DNA from: Elusimicrobiota bacterium
Lineage (GTDB): Bacteria > Elusimicrobiota > Elusimicrobia > UBA1565 > UBA9628
DNA length: 50,370 bases
Reading direction: 5' to 3'
NCBI GenBank assembly: GCA_027319565.1
Contig: DAHVNA010000014.1
Span: 1 to 50,370 of the forward strand
Under the pieces are notes generated by a model that saw nothing but the letters and a program-made list of their open reading frames with translations, did no database searches and was not told the DNA's origin. Shown here one piece after another: positions 19,814-33,395 of the stretch (the stretch's first letter is position 1; the number at the start of each line of letters is the position of its first letter). Made by a program: the position numbers and the translations under genes.

Positions 19814-22195
19814 ATGAAAGCCCTTTCAGCCGCGGAAATTAAGGATCTCAATCTCTATTGGAGAACCGCCAATTATCTCTCGGTTGGACAAATTTATCTG
19901 CGAGACAACCCGCTTCTCAAGGAGCCGCTTAAAATCGAACATATCAAACCGCGTCTTCTCGGGCATTGGGGAACGACCCCGGGGCTTAATTTTATCTACG
20001 CCCATTTAAACCGGATGATTAAGAAAACCGGGCTCGATCTTATTTTTATCGCCGGTCCCGGACACGGCGGGCCCGCCGCCGTCGCCAACGCCTATCTGGA
20101 AGGAACCTACACCGAAATCTATCCCGAAATCGCCCAAGATGAAAATGGCCTTAAAAAACTTTTCACCCAATTTTCCTATCCGGGAGGAATTCCCAGCCAT
20201 GTCGCGCCGGAAACCCCAGGTTCCATCCATGAAGGCGGGGAATTGGGGTATGCGCTGGCCCACGCTTATGGCGCCGTCTTTGACAACCCCAAGCTCATCG
20301 CCGCCTGCGTGGTTGGAGACGGAGAAGCGGAAACCGGCCCCTTAGCCACAAGCTGGCATTCCAACAAATTTCTAAACCCGGCCCGAGACGGAGCCGTTCT
20401 TCCCATTCTCCATCTCAATGGATATAAAATCGCAAACCCCACGGTCTTAGCCCGAATCAGCCGCCAAGAGTTAAAGAATTTTTTCAAAGGCTGCGGATAC
20501 GACCCTGTTTTCGTCGAAGGCGATAAGCCTGACCCAATGCACCAGAAAATGTCCCAAGCTTTGGAGAAAGCCTTTTCGGATATTAAGCGCATTCAACTTC
20601 GCGCCCGAAGCCAAAAGTCTCCTCGCCGTCCTTTCTGGCCGATGATCATTTTGCGTTCTCCCAAAGGCTGGACTGGCCCCAAACAAGTCGACGGAGTTCC
20701 CATCGAAGGAACCTTCCGCGCGCATCAAGTGCCTCTCGCGGAACTGGCGCAAAAGCCCGCGCATTTGCATTTGCTTGAAGATTGGATGAAAAGCTATAAA
20801 CCCGAGGAACTCTTTGATTCCAACGGGAAAATCAAATCCGCCATCTTAAAATTGGCGCCGCAAAAAACGAAACGAATGAGTTCTAGCCCCTACGCCAATG
20901 GCGGAGTTCTGCTTAAAAATCTCAAGATGCCCGATTTTAAAAACTATGCCGTGCCTTTATCTGCCCCGGGAGAAAAAGAGGCGGAAGCAACCAAAATATT
21001 AGGCGCGTTTTTAAGAGATATCCTCAAGTTAAACCGCAAGGAGAAAAATTTCCGAATCTTTGGCCCCGATGAGACGGCCTCTAACCGCTTAAGCGCGGTT
21101 TTTGAAGAAACCAAGAGGGGATTTCTTGGGGAAATCTTCAAGACCGACGAGAATCTCTCCGCCGATGGACGGGTTTTGGAGGTTTTAAGCGAGCATCTCT
21201 GCCAAGGCTGGCTCGAGGGATACCTGCTCACCGGCCGGCACGGTTTTTTCTCTTGCTATGAAGCTTTCATCCATATCGTCGACTCGATGTTCAATCAACA
21301 TGCAAAATGGCTCAAGGTCACTAGAAATCTTCCCTGGAGAAGGCCGATCGCTTCTCTTAATTATCTTTTGACCTCCCATGTTTGGCGGCAAGATCATAAC
21401 GGGTTTAGCCACCAGGATCCGGGCTTTCTCGACCATGTCGTCAACAAGAAATCGGATATCGTCCGCATTTATCTTCCGCCAGACGCCAATACCCTTTTAT
21501 CGGTAGCCGATCATTGTCTCAGAAGCCTCAATTATGTCAACGTGATCGTCGCCGGAAAACAACCATCCCCGCAATGGCTGAACATGGAACAAGCGCGCGC
21601 CCATTGCCAGGCGGGGCTTGGCGCTTGGGATTGGGCGGGAAACGGAAATCTCGAGGACCCCGACTGCGTTTTGGCCTGCGCCGGTGACGTGCCGACTCTT
21701 GAAACCTTGGCCGCCGCTCAAATTCTCAAGGAACTTTTGCCTCAACTCAGTTTCCGAGTCGTCAATGTGGTCGATTTGATGACCCTTGAGCCCGAAACGG
21801 AACACCCACATGGGCTCAGCGATGAAGAATTCAACCGGATATTTACTTCCGACAAGCCCATTATCTTCGCTTTTCATGGTTATCCCTGGCTCATCCACCG
21901 CCTCACTTATCAGCGAAACAACAAACGAATTCATGTCCGCGGATACAAAGAAGAAGGAACGACAACGACTCCTTTTGATATGACGGTTTTAAATGAAATT
22001 GACCGCTTTCACTTGGCGCTGGATGTCCTTGAAAGAATTCCCAACCCCGGCCCCCATGCGGCGGAAATCCGCCGAACTCTTCAGGAAAAACTCTCTCTCC
22101 ATAAGCGCTACATCCGGGAACATGGAGAAGATCTCCCGGAGATTCTCCATTGGAAGTGGAAAGCGGAACCCGGTAGAGTTTTAGCTGGCAGATAA
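19814..22195 (+). CDS. xfp: Xylulose-5-P/fructose-6-P phosphoketolase
   Basis: [27 protein letters not shown] (TPP), [24 protein letters not shown]. Confidence 0.96.
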   Translation: MKALSAAEIKDLNLYWRTANYLSVGQIYLRDNPLLKEPLKIEHIKPRLLGHWGTTPGLNFIYAHLNRMIKKTGLDLIFIAGPGHGGPAAVANAYLEGTYTEIYPEIAQDENGLKKLFTQFSYPGGIPSHVAPETPGSIHEGGELGYALAHAYGAVFDNPKLIAACVVGDGEAETGPLATSWHSNKFLNPARDGAVLPILHLNGYKIANPTVLARISRQELKNFFKGCGYDPVFVEGDKPDPMHQKMSQALEKAFSDIKRIQLRARSQKSPRRPFWPMIILRSPKGWTGPKQVDGVPIEGTFRAHQVPLAELAQKPAHLHLLEDWMKSYKPEELFDSNGKIKSAILKLAPQKTKRMSSSPYANGGVLLKNLKMPDFKNYAVPLSAPGEKEAEATKILGAFLRDILKLNRKEKNFRIFGPDETASNRLSAVFEETKRGFLGEIFKTDENLSADGRVLEVLSEHLCQGWLEGYLLTGRHGFFSCYEAFIHIVDSMFNQHAKWLKVTRNLPWRRPIASLNYLLTSHVWRQDHNGFSHQDPGFLDHVVNKKSDIVRIYLPPDANTLLSVADHCLRSLNYVNVIVAGKQPSPQWLNMEQARAHCQAGLGAWDWAGNGNLEDPDCVLACAGDVPTLETLAAAQILKELLPQLSFRVVNVVDLMTLEPETEHPHGLSDEEFNRIFTSDKPIIFAFHGYPWLIHRLTYQRNNKRIHVRGYKEEGTTTTPFDMTVLNEIDRFHLALDVLERIPNPGPHAAEIRRTLQEKLSLHKRYIREHGEDLPEILHWKWKAEPGRVLAGR

Positions 22196-22960
22196 AGCGC
22201 GGGAAAGTTTAAGGTAATTCTGGGGAGAAATATTCTCGGCCCTGCTTTTAAAGTCCAAGCCCAAATCCTCGAAATGACGCTCCATCTCCGCGCGCGAAAC
22301 GCCAAACGCTTCGGCGATAAGATTTAAGGCCATCTTGCGTCTTTGCCCGAACGCCGCTTTGGCGACGCGGTAAAATACGTCTTCTTCCGCGGACGATAAA
22401 ATATTTTTCTCGCGGCGTTTGAGGCGAATAACGGAAGACCAGACCTCCGGTCTCGGCGAAAAGGATTCGGGACCCACGTCAAATAAAATTTCCGCCTCCG
22501 CGCGAAGAAAAACAGAAAGGCTTAAAATCCCGTAGTCGGCGCCCGCGGACGCGGCGACGCGCAAGGCCACCTCTTTTTGGAGCATAAAAACGCCTTTATC
22601 CCAATTGGGCCAAGCTAAAAGTTTTTGTAAAATCGCGGTTCCCACGGCATATGGCAGATTCGACAAAACGACAAATTTTTTGTCGCCGAGGCTAGCCAGG
22701 TCAAAATCCAAAAAATCACGGTTAAAAACAAGAAAACGCGAGGCGTTTGGAAATATCCTGCCTAATCTTAGCGCTAGAGCATCGTCTTTTTCGATGACGA
22801 CGGTTTTTCCCGCGCGCTTAAAAATTTCCGTGGTCAAAGCCCCCTTTCCGGGGCCGATCTCAAGAGCTTGATCGGAAGCAGAGAGCCCCGCCGCATCGAC
22901 AATCCGCAAAGCGGCAGAAGAATTCGTCAGAAAATGCTGGCCGAGTTTGGGTCTTCTCAT
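22181..22960 (-). CDS. rsmA: 16S rRNA m6,2A1518/1519 dimethyltransferase
   Basis: [33 protein letters not shown]. Confidence 0.95.
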   Translation of the reverse strand: MRRPKLGQHFLTNSSAALRIVDAAGLSASDQALEIGPGKGALTTEIFKRAGKTVVIEKDDALALRLGRIFPNASRFLVFNRDFLDFDLASLGDKKFVVLSNLPYAVGTAILQKLLAWPNWDKGVFMLQKEVALRVAASAGADYGILSLSVFLRAEAEILFDVGPESFSPRPEVWSSVIRLKRREKNILSSAEEDVFYRVAKAAFGQRRKMALNLIAEAFGVSRAEMERHFEDLGLDFKSRAENISPQNYLKLSRALSAS

Positions 22961-22998
22961 AAAAAGAGCCCCTGTAAGAAAAACTTACAGGGGCTCTT
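22961..22998 (-). terminator. Hairpin with short U-tract after the YfdX-like gene
   Basis: 15-bp perfect stem AAGAGCCCCTGTAAG (22964-22978) / CTTACAGGGGCTCTT (22984-22998), 5-nt loop; T-run on the minus strand. Confidence 0.7.
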
Positions 22999-23007
22999 GG
23001 GTAAAGC

Positions 23008-23973
23008 CTAAAACCAGCCTCTGACCTTATTCCACCAATGATCTAAATGTTTTGGAGCGCTATTTAAAGCCGGCGGAACGTCTTTAGGAGACGCAATCTT
23101 TTTTCCCTCCGCGTCTTTAACTTGCGAATCCAAATCCTTAATCTTATCTTCAAGTTGGTTAATGGCGCCTAAACGCGAAGAAGAAGCCGATTTCGCATAT
23201 TCCTCAAGAGCCGAACGCGCCTGATCCAAGGCGGCCTGGGCCTCTTTGTAATGAGATCCTTCGATCTCTTTTTTGGCGAGAATCAAGTTCGCTCTGACGG
23301 TCAAAAGCGGGCGATCTTCTTGTGAATAGGAAAAAATGACGTCAGTCTCAAGGCGTTCCAACTCGCGATCCGCCACTTTAATCTGCCGAGCGGCCACGGC
23401 TTTTTGAGCCTTAAGCAACTGGGATTTTGCGAGGCCAACATCGAGAGAAACCTTGGTTTGAAGCATCTCTTCGTCTAACCCAATTCCCATGGGGCCAGTT
23501 GCGGAAGAAACCCCTTGTCTTTTCTCCGCGTGTTCCTTCGCGGAAAAAACCGGCGCCAAAACGGAGACATCTTCCAATTCATCATAGATCGGAATAATGT
23601 AATTGGGAATCTCTCTTTTATCGGTAAAGCTTAGATTTCCGGAGTGAATCTTGGTCTCTAAAACCATCTTTGGAGCGGCGCGCTCCGCGATTTTAACCAG
23701 GATCAAAGCCTTATTGATATCTGATTTCGCCCCTTTTAAATTTTCATCTTGTAAATCCCGGCGAGACAAATCGGTTTCGCGAATGATTTCTCCCGCCGTT
23801 AAAGACAAGGCCTGGGCTTCTTTTGAGCTTAATTTTGGCCCAGGTTTTGTAAACACCGAGGCGCTGATGCGCGAAGAATCTTTCTTTTTCCCTTGTTTTT
23901 TAGCAGCCGCGAAGAGATTAGTCGAAACCAATCCCGCGCAGGCAAGAACCGCCAAATACTTTATTTTTGTCAT
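23008..23973 (-). CDS. Exported helical YfdX-like protein
   Basis: Signal peptide; PLL.VRANL.LAK....HYKEAQAAL..A..ALEEY pattern. Confidence 0.6.
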   Translation of the reverse strand: MTKIKYLAVLACAGLVSTNLFAAAKKQGKKKDSSRISASVFTKPGPKLSSKEAQALSLTAGEIIRETDLSRRDLQDENLKGAKSDINKALILVKIAERAAPKMVLETKIHSGNLSFTDKREIPNYIIPIYDELEDVSVLAPVFSAKEHAEKRQGVSSATGPMGIGLDEEMLQTKVSLDVGLAKSQLLKAQKAVAARQIKVADRELERLETDVIFSYSQEDRPLLTVRANLILAKKEIEGSHYKEAQAALDQARSALEEYAKSASSSRLGAINQLEDKIKDLDSQVKDAEGKKIASPKDVPPALNSAPKHLDHWWNKVRGWF

Positions 23974-24010
23974 TTACATTTCCCCCTTTCATTCCTATCC
24001 ATCTCTTTTC

Positions 24011-24040
24011 AATTTATCTCTATCCAACTTGATTTGTCAA
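24011..24040 (-). promoter_or_regulatory. Putative sigma70 promoter for the YfdX-like gene
   Basis: TTGACA-18 bp-TAAATT on the minus strand, just downstream of a terminator. Confidence 0.45.
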
Positions 24041-24059
24041 GGAAATTCGTCGGAGGCAT

Positions 24060-24087
24060 AAAAAAGGCGGGCTCAAAGGAGCCCGCC
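24060..24087 (-). terminator. Intrinsic terminator
   Basis: GGCGGGCTC/GAGCCCGCC 9-bp stem followed by T6 on the minus strand. Confidence 0.8.
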
Positions 24088-24102
24088 CGCGAAAAGGTTT
24101 CG

Positions 24103-24450
24103 CTATTTATGTTTTGGATGATGGGTCCGCGCGTATTCAAGCGCCGCCTTGCATTGGCTAATCGCCTGATCAACGGCCTGAATAGCCTGAGCCCTGTGAC
24201 CGCCGAAAACCGGCCGCCCATGCTGAAGAACCATGCGCGTTCTTTTGAGCATCATAAGAGATCTGCGAATGGCGGGAAACTTCATTTTTCCGCCCCAGCG
24301 CTTTTTCCCACCCTGCATTCCATGACCCATTCCCATCTGCTGCATCGGGGGTTGATTTCCTCCCCCATTGCTAGCCCCGTTTTGAGCGAAAGAAACCACC
24401 GGAAGGCTTAAACTTAAAGACAAGGCCGCCACTGCCGCTATTTTTTTCAT
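24103..24450 (-). CDS. Small exported protein with Met/Gly-rich linker and FGGHR..AI motif
   Basis: AGGAG RBS, signal peptide (..VSFA|Q), own terminator. Confidence 0.7.
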   Translation of the reverse strand: MKKIAAVAALSLSLSLPVVSFAQNGASNGGGNQPPMQQMGMGHGMQGGKKRWGGKMKFPAIRRSLMMLKRTRMVLQHGRPVFGGHRAQAIQAVDQAISQCKAALEYARTHHPKHK

Positions 24451-24514
24451 TCCATTCTCCTATTTATTTGATTTTTGGGAAAAAGCGCCCTTCCCTTATG
24501 AGGAATATAACATT

Positions 24515-25822
24515 TTATGGATTGGCCGCATACCCGCGTTCAACCGCAGATACGGCCACAAATGAAACGGCGCAGGCCGCCATCACCGGCATGACAATCC
24601 CATAATCGCGAGACATCTCAAGAGCCATGATAATTCCGGTCATCGGCGCCCGATATGAGGACGTAATCACGCTCGCCATTCCGGTGATGGCAAAAGAACC
24701 GCGAGCGAGAGCGGCTTTCGCGAACAGGTGAGACAAAACTCCGCTTAAAGACGCGCCGGCGGCCGCGCCGATAAAAATCGCCGGCATAAAAGCCCCGCCG
24801 GATCCTCCGGTCCCTAAGGTCAGAGCCGTCGCCGCGATTTTCGCGAAGGCCACGACCCCCATTCTAAACCCGCTGAGGCCTCCCATAAAAGCGGCATCAA
24901 CGACTTGCTTGCCCGTTCCCAACACCTCAGGATAAAATAAGGCGATTTCTCCCACCAATATCCCGCCCAGAATCGGGAAAAAATATGGCGATAAAGACGA
25001 TTGTCCTTCTTCGCAATGTTTTTCCATTTTTTCAACGGCCATTTTATATAAGATTCCAAGCGGAGCGCACAAAAGCCCGACCAACGCGTAAACCAATAGA
25101 TCCGACGGTTTACTCCAGGTATAGCTAAAACCCACGACAAAGTCTACATCTCCCATCAAAAGGCGGCTGGTCACGGCGCCGGAAACCGAAGCGATGACAA
25201 TTGAGGAAAATAGCGAACTGGCAAAATCTTTTAAGGTGACTTCCATAATGAAAAAAACCGCGGCCAAGGGCGCTCCGAAAGAAGCTCCCAGACCCGCGGC
25301 CGCGCCGGCGGCAATAAGAACTCGAATATCTTCATCAGGAACTCTTAAGTATTTTCCCAAAAAAGACGCCGTCGCCCCGCCGATTTGAATGACGGGGCCT
25401 TCTTGACCGGCAGAACCTCCAAGGCCAATGGTTAAAGCCGAGGCAATCAGCTTAACACTTGCGACCCGCGCCGCTAGCCAAGGAGATTTTTCCGGCAAAA
25501 CGTTGAGAACATTGGTCCCATGTCCCCGCGCCTCCGGACACAAGAATCGAATCAAGATATAGCCTAGAAAAGCTCCCAAAGCCGGAAAAAAAAGGTATCC
25601 GACATCGTGCCAGAAAGATAAGCGCTGCGGCAAGCGCTCTATCGTCCAATGGCTTAACAGATGAATTGAACGGATAAAAACATATGAAGTAAATCCCGCG
25701 GCGGTCCCAACCAAGGCTCCGGTAATCAGAAGGCGTTCAGATAAACTGGGACGGAGAAAGAAAGAAAAGAAACTGCGAGAAAATTCTTCTACCGAGTTTC
25801 CTACAGACTTTAAGAAATCCAC
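24515..25822 (-). CDS. ClC-family chloride transport protein (no CBS domains)
   Basis: GGSAGQEGP, APLAA.FF.ME, SGGAFMP, APMTG. Confidence 0.9.
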   Translation of the reverse strand: MDFLKSVGNSVEEFSRSFFSFFLRPSLSERLLITGALVGTAAGFTSYVFIRSIHLLSHWTIERLPQRLSFWHDVGYLFFPALGAFLGYILIRFLCPEARGHGTNVLNVLPEKSPWLAARVASVKLIASALTIGLGGSAGQEGPVIQIGGATASFLGKYLRVPDEDIRVLIAAGAAAGLGASFGAPLAAVFFIMEVTLKDFASSLFSSIVIASVSGAVTSRLLMGDVDFVVGFSYTWSKPSDLLVYALVGLLCAPLGILYKMAVEKMEKHCEEGQSSLSPYFFPILGGILVGEIALFYPEVLGTGKQVVDAAFMGGLSGFRMGVVAFAKIAATALTLGTGGSGGAFMPAIFIGAAAGASLSGVLSHLFAKAALARGSFAITGMASVITSSYRAPMTGIIMALEMSRDYGIVMPVMAACAVSFVAVSAVERGYAANP

Positions 25823-25919
25823 TGTCTCTATTATCTAATAATACAAAGCGCGATGAAAGCCTAAAAACATTTCTCCCAAGGAAATAGGCAGTTGAGGACG
25901 CTACCTGCGACAACGCCGC

Positions 25920-26336
25920 TTATCTGGATTTTTTCGAGGCCACTTGGATGCGAATTTGCGCTCTTCTCATCGCGGCTTCGGCCCCCGCCAAGGTCAGAGG
26001 ATCAAGACCGGGTTTGAGAGTTTCGGCCTTAGCCCTCTCAAAGGCTTGATGAGCCCTTTCGGCGTCAATCTCATCGGCCATTTCAGCGGTTTCCGCAAAA
26101 AGAGAAATCTTATTCTTTTTAATCTCGGCAAAACCGCCCGAGATGGCGAAATGGTGGACCTGGCCACCCTTGGTCACGCGCACTTCTCCAACTTTCAGCT
26201 GCACCAAAGAAGGCGCGTGATCCGGCAATACGCCCAACTCTCCTTGAAAAGCCGGAATGACGACAAAATCCGCCGGTTCCCGAAAAGAAATCTTTTCAGG
26301 AGTCACCATCTCGACTTCAAGGATTTTCTCAGCCAT
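25920..26336 (-). CDS. atpC: ATP synthase epsilon
   Basis: VTPE, GELGVLPDHAP, SGGFAEI; operon position. Confidence 0.95.
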   Translation of the reverse strand: MAEKILEVEMVTPEKISFREPADFVVIPAFQGELGVLPDHAPSLVQLKVGEVRVTKGGQVHHFAISGGFAEIKKNKISLFAETAEMADEIDAERAHQAFERAKAETLKPGLDPLTLAGAEAAMRRAQIRIQVASKKSR

Positions 26337-26340
26337 GCTT

Positions 26341-28728
<2,388 letters not shown>

Positions 28729-28729
<1 letters not shown>

Positions 28730-29667
28730 CAGACCTTCGCCTCCACTTTGGATTTTTCCGCATTGGAAGAAAAATAATCCTTAATCGCCGCTTCCATCGA
28801 ATAGCGAACTTTAAAACCAAAAGCCTTTTCCGCCAAGGTCGGATCGCCCAAGGTTTCATTTTGATAGAACGAATAGGGATTTTTAATGTAATCGGGCTCA
28901 AGGTTCGTGCCTAAAACCTGGTTGAGATAGGAGACAATTTGGTTAAAGGTCGTCTTTTGCCCCGTGCAGACATTATAAACTCCATTGGGCGCGGACTTGG
29001 CAGCAAGAATCGTGGCGTTGGCGACATCCTTAATATAAATAAAATCCCGATACTGTTCTCCAAACTCGAAAATCCTCGGGCGCTTTCCCGCTTTCATCTG
29101 TAGCGATAATTGCCAAATCATGCTGGCAAACTTGCCTTTGAAGCTTTCTCCCGGGCCAAAGACGTTAAAATAACGGACTCCGGCGACTTTAATCTGCGGA
29201 TTTTCTTTAACGAATTGCGCCGCCACGTTTTCCATAATCTGCTTTGAAAAGCCGTATACGTTCATCGGCAAGCGCGGCGCGGATTCTCTCATCGGAAGAG
29301 GTCCCGCCCCATAAACCGCGGCGGAAGAGGCGTAGGCGATATTTTCCACATTAAATTCGGACGCAAAAGACAAAATCTCGCGAAAGGCCTCGACATTTTC
29401 CTCCATCATTTTCTTTTGATCCATGACGGTCGTATCGGTAATCGCGGCCTCGTGGATGATCATATCCACCTTTCCCACGCGCTCGGGCCACCAAGAGCGG
29501 TCTTTAAAAATAGAAGCGGCGATTAAATCGCCCTTAAACCCCGCCAAGTTCTCGAAATTACCGGATGAAAAATCGTCGATAGCGACAACCTCGTGTTTTT
29601 CTTTTTCCAATTGCAACGCGATATTAGAGCCGACAAACCCCGCCGCGCCGGTGACTAAGATTCTCAT
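28729..29667 (-). CDS. rfaD: ADP-L-glycero-D-manno-heptose 6-epimerase-like SDR inside the atp operon
   Basis: [55 protein letters not shown]. Confidence 0.82.
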
Positions 29668-31187
29668 TTGAGCGATCTTTGGAACATCGTTTTAAAGTCT
29701 TTTAATATTTCTGTCAAGCGCGCTTTGAGGGAATCATCCATTGTTTTCTTTTCGACCAGGGCTTTTGGGATATCCGCATGCTTTTGAGCGATAAAGTCCA
29801 AGAACTCGTTCTCAAAACGGCGAATATGAGGCGTTGGGATATCATCTAAATGCCCGTTGACGCCGGCGAAGATAACCAACACCTGGCTTTCAAATGGAAG
29901 AGGTTGATACTGGTTTTGCTTGAGGAGTTCGACCAATCGTTCTCCCCGGGCCAATTGATCTTTGGCCGCCTTGTCCAAATCGGAACCGAATTGGGCGAAA
30001 GCCGCAAGCTCGTTATATTGGGCGAGATCTAATCTCAATCGGCCCGCAACCTGTTTCATCGCCTTTGTCTGCGCCGCGCCTCCCACGCGAGACACCGACA
30101 GACCGACGTTGACTGCCGGGCGAACTCCGGAATAGAAGAGACTGGTTTCCAGATAAATTTGCCCGTCGGTAATCGAGATGACATTGGTTGGAATATAAGC
30201 GGACACGTCTCCGGCCTGGGTTTCGATAATCGGCAGAGCCGTTAAAGAGCCCGAGCCATTTTTTTCGGAAAGTTTACAGGCCCTCTCTAAAAGCCGGGAA
30301 TGGAGATAAAAAACGTCTCCGGGATAAGCCTCGCGGGCGGGTGGGCGGCGCAACAAAAGGGACAATTGCCGATAAGCTTGGGCATGCTTGGACAAATCAT
30401 CATAAATGACTAGCACATGGCGGCCCTGCCACAAAAACTCTTCTCCCAAGGCGCAACCGGCATAGGGCGCGATATAAAGAAGCGGCGCGGGATCGGAAGC
30501 TGTGGCCGCGACCACGATAGAATATTCCATCGCCCCCGCATTCTCAAGAGTTTGAACGACTTGAGCGACAGTCGAGCGCTTTTGTCCGATGGCGACATAA
30601 ATGCAGATAGGGCGATTCGGAGCGTTTTTTTGATTGATAATCGTGTCAATGGCGATAGCGGTTTTACCGGTTTGGCGATCCCCAATAATCAATTCCCGTT
30701 GACCGCGACCGATGGGAATCATCGAGTCAATGGCTTTAAGACCGGTTTGAAGAGGTTCGGTCACGGGAGCGCGGTCAATGACTCCCGGAGCGACAACTTC
30801 CAGGGGCCGCGTATTCGTGGTCTTAATCGGCCCTTTTCCGTCTAAGGGCTCTCCCAGAGGATTGACGACGCGGCCGATCATCGCATCTCCAGTTGGAATA
30901 GACATCAAGCGCCCGGTCCTTTTAACTGGATCGCCCTCGTTGACCAACTCATCGGAACCCAAAAGCACGCAACCGACATTTTCTTTTTCCAAATTCAAGG
31001 CCATCCCCATCACGTGGTGAGGAAATTCCAAAAGCTCTCCGGCCATCACGCGCTCAAGGCCATAGAGACGAGCGATTCCGTCTCCTACCTGCAAGACTAC
31101 TCCCTCTTCGCTCAGCTCAGTTAAGGCGTCAAAGCCTTCAATTCCCTTTTTTATGACGGCGGTAATTTCTTCCGGTTTAATTGCCAT
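29664..31187 (-). CDS. atpA: ATP synthase alpha
   Basis: [39 protein letters not shown]. Confidence 0.98.
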   Translation of the reverse strand: MAIKPEEITAVIKKGIEGFDALTELSEEGVVLQVGDGIARLYGLERVMAGELLEFPHHVMGMALNLEKENVGCVLLGSDELVNEGDPVKRTGRLMSIPTGDAMIGRVVNPLGEPLDGKGPIKTTNTRPLEVVAPGVIDRAPVTEPLQTGLKAIDSMIPIGRGQRELIIGDRQTGKTAIAIDTIINQKNAPNRPICIYVAIGQKRSTVAQVVQTLENAGAMEYSIVVAATASDPAPLLYIAPYAGCALGEEFLWQGRHVLVIYDDLSKHAQAYRQLSLLLRRPPAREAYPGDVFYLHSRLLERACKLSEKNGSGSLTALPIIETQAGDVSAYIPTNVISITDGQIYLETSLFYSGVRPAVNVGLSVSRVGGAAQTKAMKQVAGRLRLDLAQYNELAAFAQFGSDLDKAAKDQLARGERLVELLKQNQYQPLPFESQVLVIFAGVNGHLDDIPTPHIRRFENEFLDFIAQKHADIPKALVEKKTMDDSLKARLTEILKDFKTMFQRSLK

Positions 31188-31716
31188 GATTAAAACTCTC
31201 CTTCATGCGCTGTAGTCTCCCTCGCAAACTCGAGTCCATCACCCAATCTCCCAAGCGAACCTTGATGCCGCCGATGAGATTAGGCTCTTCTTTGATATTT
31301 AACTCCACCTGCTTGCCGGAAAATTGAGCCAACTGGGCCTCTAAATTTTTCCGGGTTTGAGCGTCCAAGGCTCGCCAGACAAAAACATCGGCCTTCGCCT
31401 TATTTTTTCTCTCGGAATAAATCGCTTCATAATGAGCCTGAATGAGCGGCCACAAAGAAAAGCGCCTTTTGTCAACCAGGAGATGAAAAAAACGCAACGT
31501 CACGTCTAAAACCTCGCCTTTAAAAGACTTCGACAAAAGGGCCTTTTTCTGTTCGACGGAGAAACCCGGAGAATTAATGCGCTTCTCTAATTTTTTGAGC
31601 AGCGGGGACAAAGACGTCAAATCTTGGCTCACCCGGTCTTCCTGTTTGGATGAAGCCGCCACCTCAAAAAGGGCTTTCGCGTAACGCCCGGCGATTACCG
31701 CATCGTCTGTCTTCAA
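31177..31716 (-). CDS. atpH: ATP synthase delta
   Basis: RYAKALF, LIGG..V..GD.V.D.S. Confidence 0.93.
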   Translation of the reverse strand: MKTDDAVIAGRYAKALFEVAASSKQEDRVSQDLTSLSPLLKKLEKRINSPGFSVEQKKALLSKSFKGEVLDVTLRFFHLLVDKRRFSLWPLIQAHYEAIYSERKNKAKADVFVWRALDAQTRKNLEAQLAQFSGKQVELNIKEEPNLIGGIKVRLGDWVMDSSLRGRLQRMKESFNHGN

Positions 31717-31717
31717 T

Positions 31718-32221
31718 TTATTTTTCCTGGACGACTTTCAAATCCGCTAGAAAAGACTCCACCGTCTTTTTTTGGACGTTCTCATTAACAGATTGGCCCA
31801 AAATCTTTTCGGCGGCCAAAAGCGAAAGCCCGGATATTTCGCGGCGAAGCTCAGAACTTAAACGCTCTTTCTCTCGCCCCAACTCTTCCATCGCTTTCTC
31901 TTTAATTCTTTGGGCTTGGGTTTCCGCTTCCTGTTGAATTTTCATCCGCAAGGATTCCGCCTGTTTAGCGGCCTCATCTATCATTTGCCGCGCTTTTTGA
32001 TCTAATCCCGCCATCTGGGCCTCAATATCGGACTGCGCTTTCTGCGCCGCCTCTCTGGCCTTACTCGCCGAATCTAAATCTCCCTTGATTCGAGCCTCGC
32101 GCTCTTCAATGGCCTTAATGAGCGGCCCCCAAGCGAATTTTTTGAGAATATAGACTAAAATTAAAAAAGTGACAATCGTCCAGATAACCAACCCCGGTTC
32201 CGGGTTTAACAATTGATCCAT
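31718..32221 (-). CDS. atpF: ATP synthase b
   Basis: N-terminal TM, FAWGPL...IEERE, coiled coil. Confidence 0.93.
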   Translation of the reverse strand: MDQLLNPEPGLVIWTIVTFLILVYILKKFAWGPLIKAIEEREARIKGDLDSASKAREAAQKAQSDIEAQMAGLDQKARQMIDEAAKQAESLRMKIQQEAETQAQRIKEKAMEELGREKERLSSELRREISGLSLLAAEKILGQSVNENVQKKTVESFLADLKVVQEK

Positions 32222-32240
32222 GCCTTAAAATCTCCTCATC

Positions 32241-32273
32241 TTTCGGCGTCCGCCTTAACGGCGGACGCCGAAA
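32241..32273. other. 14-bp perfect hairpin between atpE and atpF
   Basis: TTTCGGCGTCCGCC-TTAAC-GGCGGACGCCGAAA; no U-tract on the coding strand; lies just before the atpF RBS. Confidence 0.75.
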
Positions 32274-32284
32274 ATATCTCTACC

Positions 32285-32572
32285 TTAATGCGACGCCTGA
32301 ACTGACGCCGGAGAAGAACTTCCCGCCGTCGGAATCCCTTTATTGAGCGTAGAAACGGCCAAGAACGCGATAACCAAGGCCAAGAGCCCCATTCCTTCGC
32401 ACATAGCCGCCGTAATAATCATGAGCGTTTGTATGGGACCCGCCGCTTCCGGCTGTCGAGCGACGCCTTCAAGAGCCGCCGCCGCCAACTTCCCGATTCC
32501 AAGGCCCGCGCCGAGAACGCAAAGCCCCGCGCATAAACCCGCGCCAATATATCCTAATCCTACTCCAATCAT
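32285..32572 (-). CDS. atpE: ATP synthase c (H+-type) with C-terminal extension
   Basis: GAGLGIG, ARQPE, MCEG; start at 32572 after GAGGAGG. Confidence 0.93.
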   Translation of the reverse strand: MIGVGLGYIGAGLCAGLCVLGAGLGIGKLAAAALEGVARQPEAAGPIQTLMIITAAMCEGMGLLALVIAFLAVSTLNKGIPTAGSSSPASVQASH

Positions 32573-32633
32573 GAACGCCTCCTCACTAACTTTTCGGCGC
32601 ATCTCAAAGGATCGCCGTTACAACCTCGCTTTC

Positions 32634-33395
32634 TTAATGGGGATGAACGGCAAAGCCCACAAAGAGAGCGGTCAAAATCGTAAAAATATACGCCTGGAGC
32701 AACGCGACAAGAACGTCTAACAAACTTGAAAACAAGGTCAACCCCACCGCAAAGGGAGCGGAGACAATTCCTATATAATGATTCATCTGGGCAAAAATGA
32801 AAATCAGGGACAAACAAGCCAAAGCCACCATATGGCCAGCGACGATATTGGCGAAAAGACGAATACAGAGAGCGACGCATTTCGCGCAGAGCCCAAAGAT
32901 TTCGATGACAAAAAGAAGCGGAACCAGCCACCAGGGAGTGCCGCCGGGAACGATATGTTTTAAATAAGAAATAAGACCTTGAGCTTTAATGCCGGCGAAC
33001 TGAATCAAGATAAATGTGCATAGCGACAAAGCCAGCGTCACCGAAATATCTCCCATGATTGAGGAAGCATAGGGAACCATGCCGGCAAAATTAGCGACCA
33101 GGATAAAGAAAAACAAGGTTAGAAAATAAGGAAGATAATAATCAGTCTCCTCATGAAAAATAGGGCGCATCATTTCATCTCGAATATAAAGGACGATAGA
33201 CTCAATTCCAGAACGCAAAAAAATTCCGGAACGGCCTTCGGCCCGAACGGACATCGTCGCGGCAAAGACTAAAATCGCTGACACAATCCACATCATCAAG
33301 AGGTGTTGCGTCAGCCCTAAATTAATTCCTCCCGCATAAAAGGGGACCAAGGTGTGATCTAACAGGTGATGTTTGAGAATCGGCTCAAAATTCAT
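32634..33395 (-). CDS. atpB: ATP synthase a
   Basis: IRLFANIVAGH, LLQAYIFTILT. Confidence 0.95.
   Translation of the reverse strand: MNFEPILKHHLLDHTLVPFYAGGINLGLTQHLLMMWIVSAILVFAATMSVRAEGRSGIFLRSGIESIVLYIRDEMMRPIFHEETDYYLPYFLTLFFFILVANFAGMVPYASSIMGDISVTLALSLCTFILIQFAGIKAQGLISYLKHIVPGGTPWWLVPLLFVIEIFGLCAKCVALCIRLFANIVAGHMVALACLSLIFIFAQMNHYIGIVSAPFAVGLTLFSSLLDVLVALLQAYIFTILTALFVGFAVHPH

Noticed and set aside
32285..32572. Na+-type ATP synthase (suggested by a possible methylmalonyl-CoA decarboxylase)
   Set aside because: c subunit has EG rather than ES/ET and lacks the helix-1 Gln; no decarboxylase beta subunit seen
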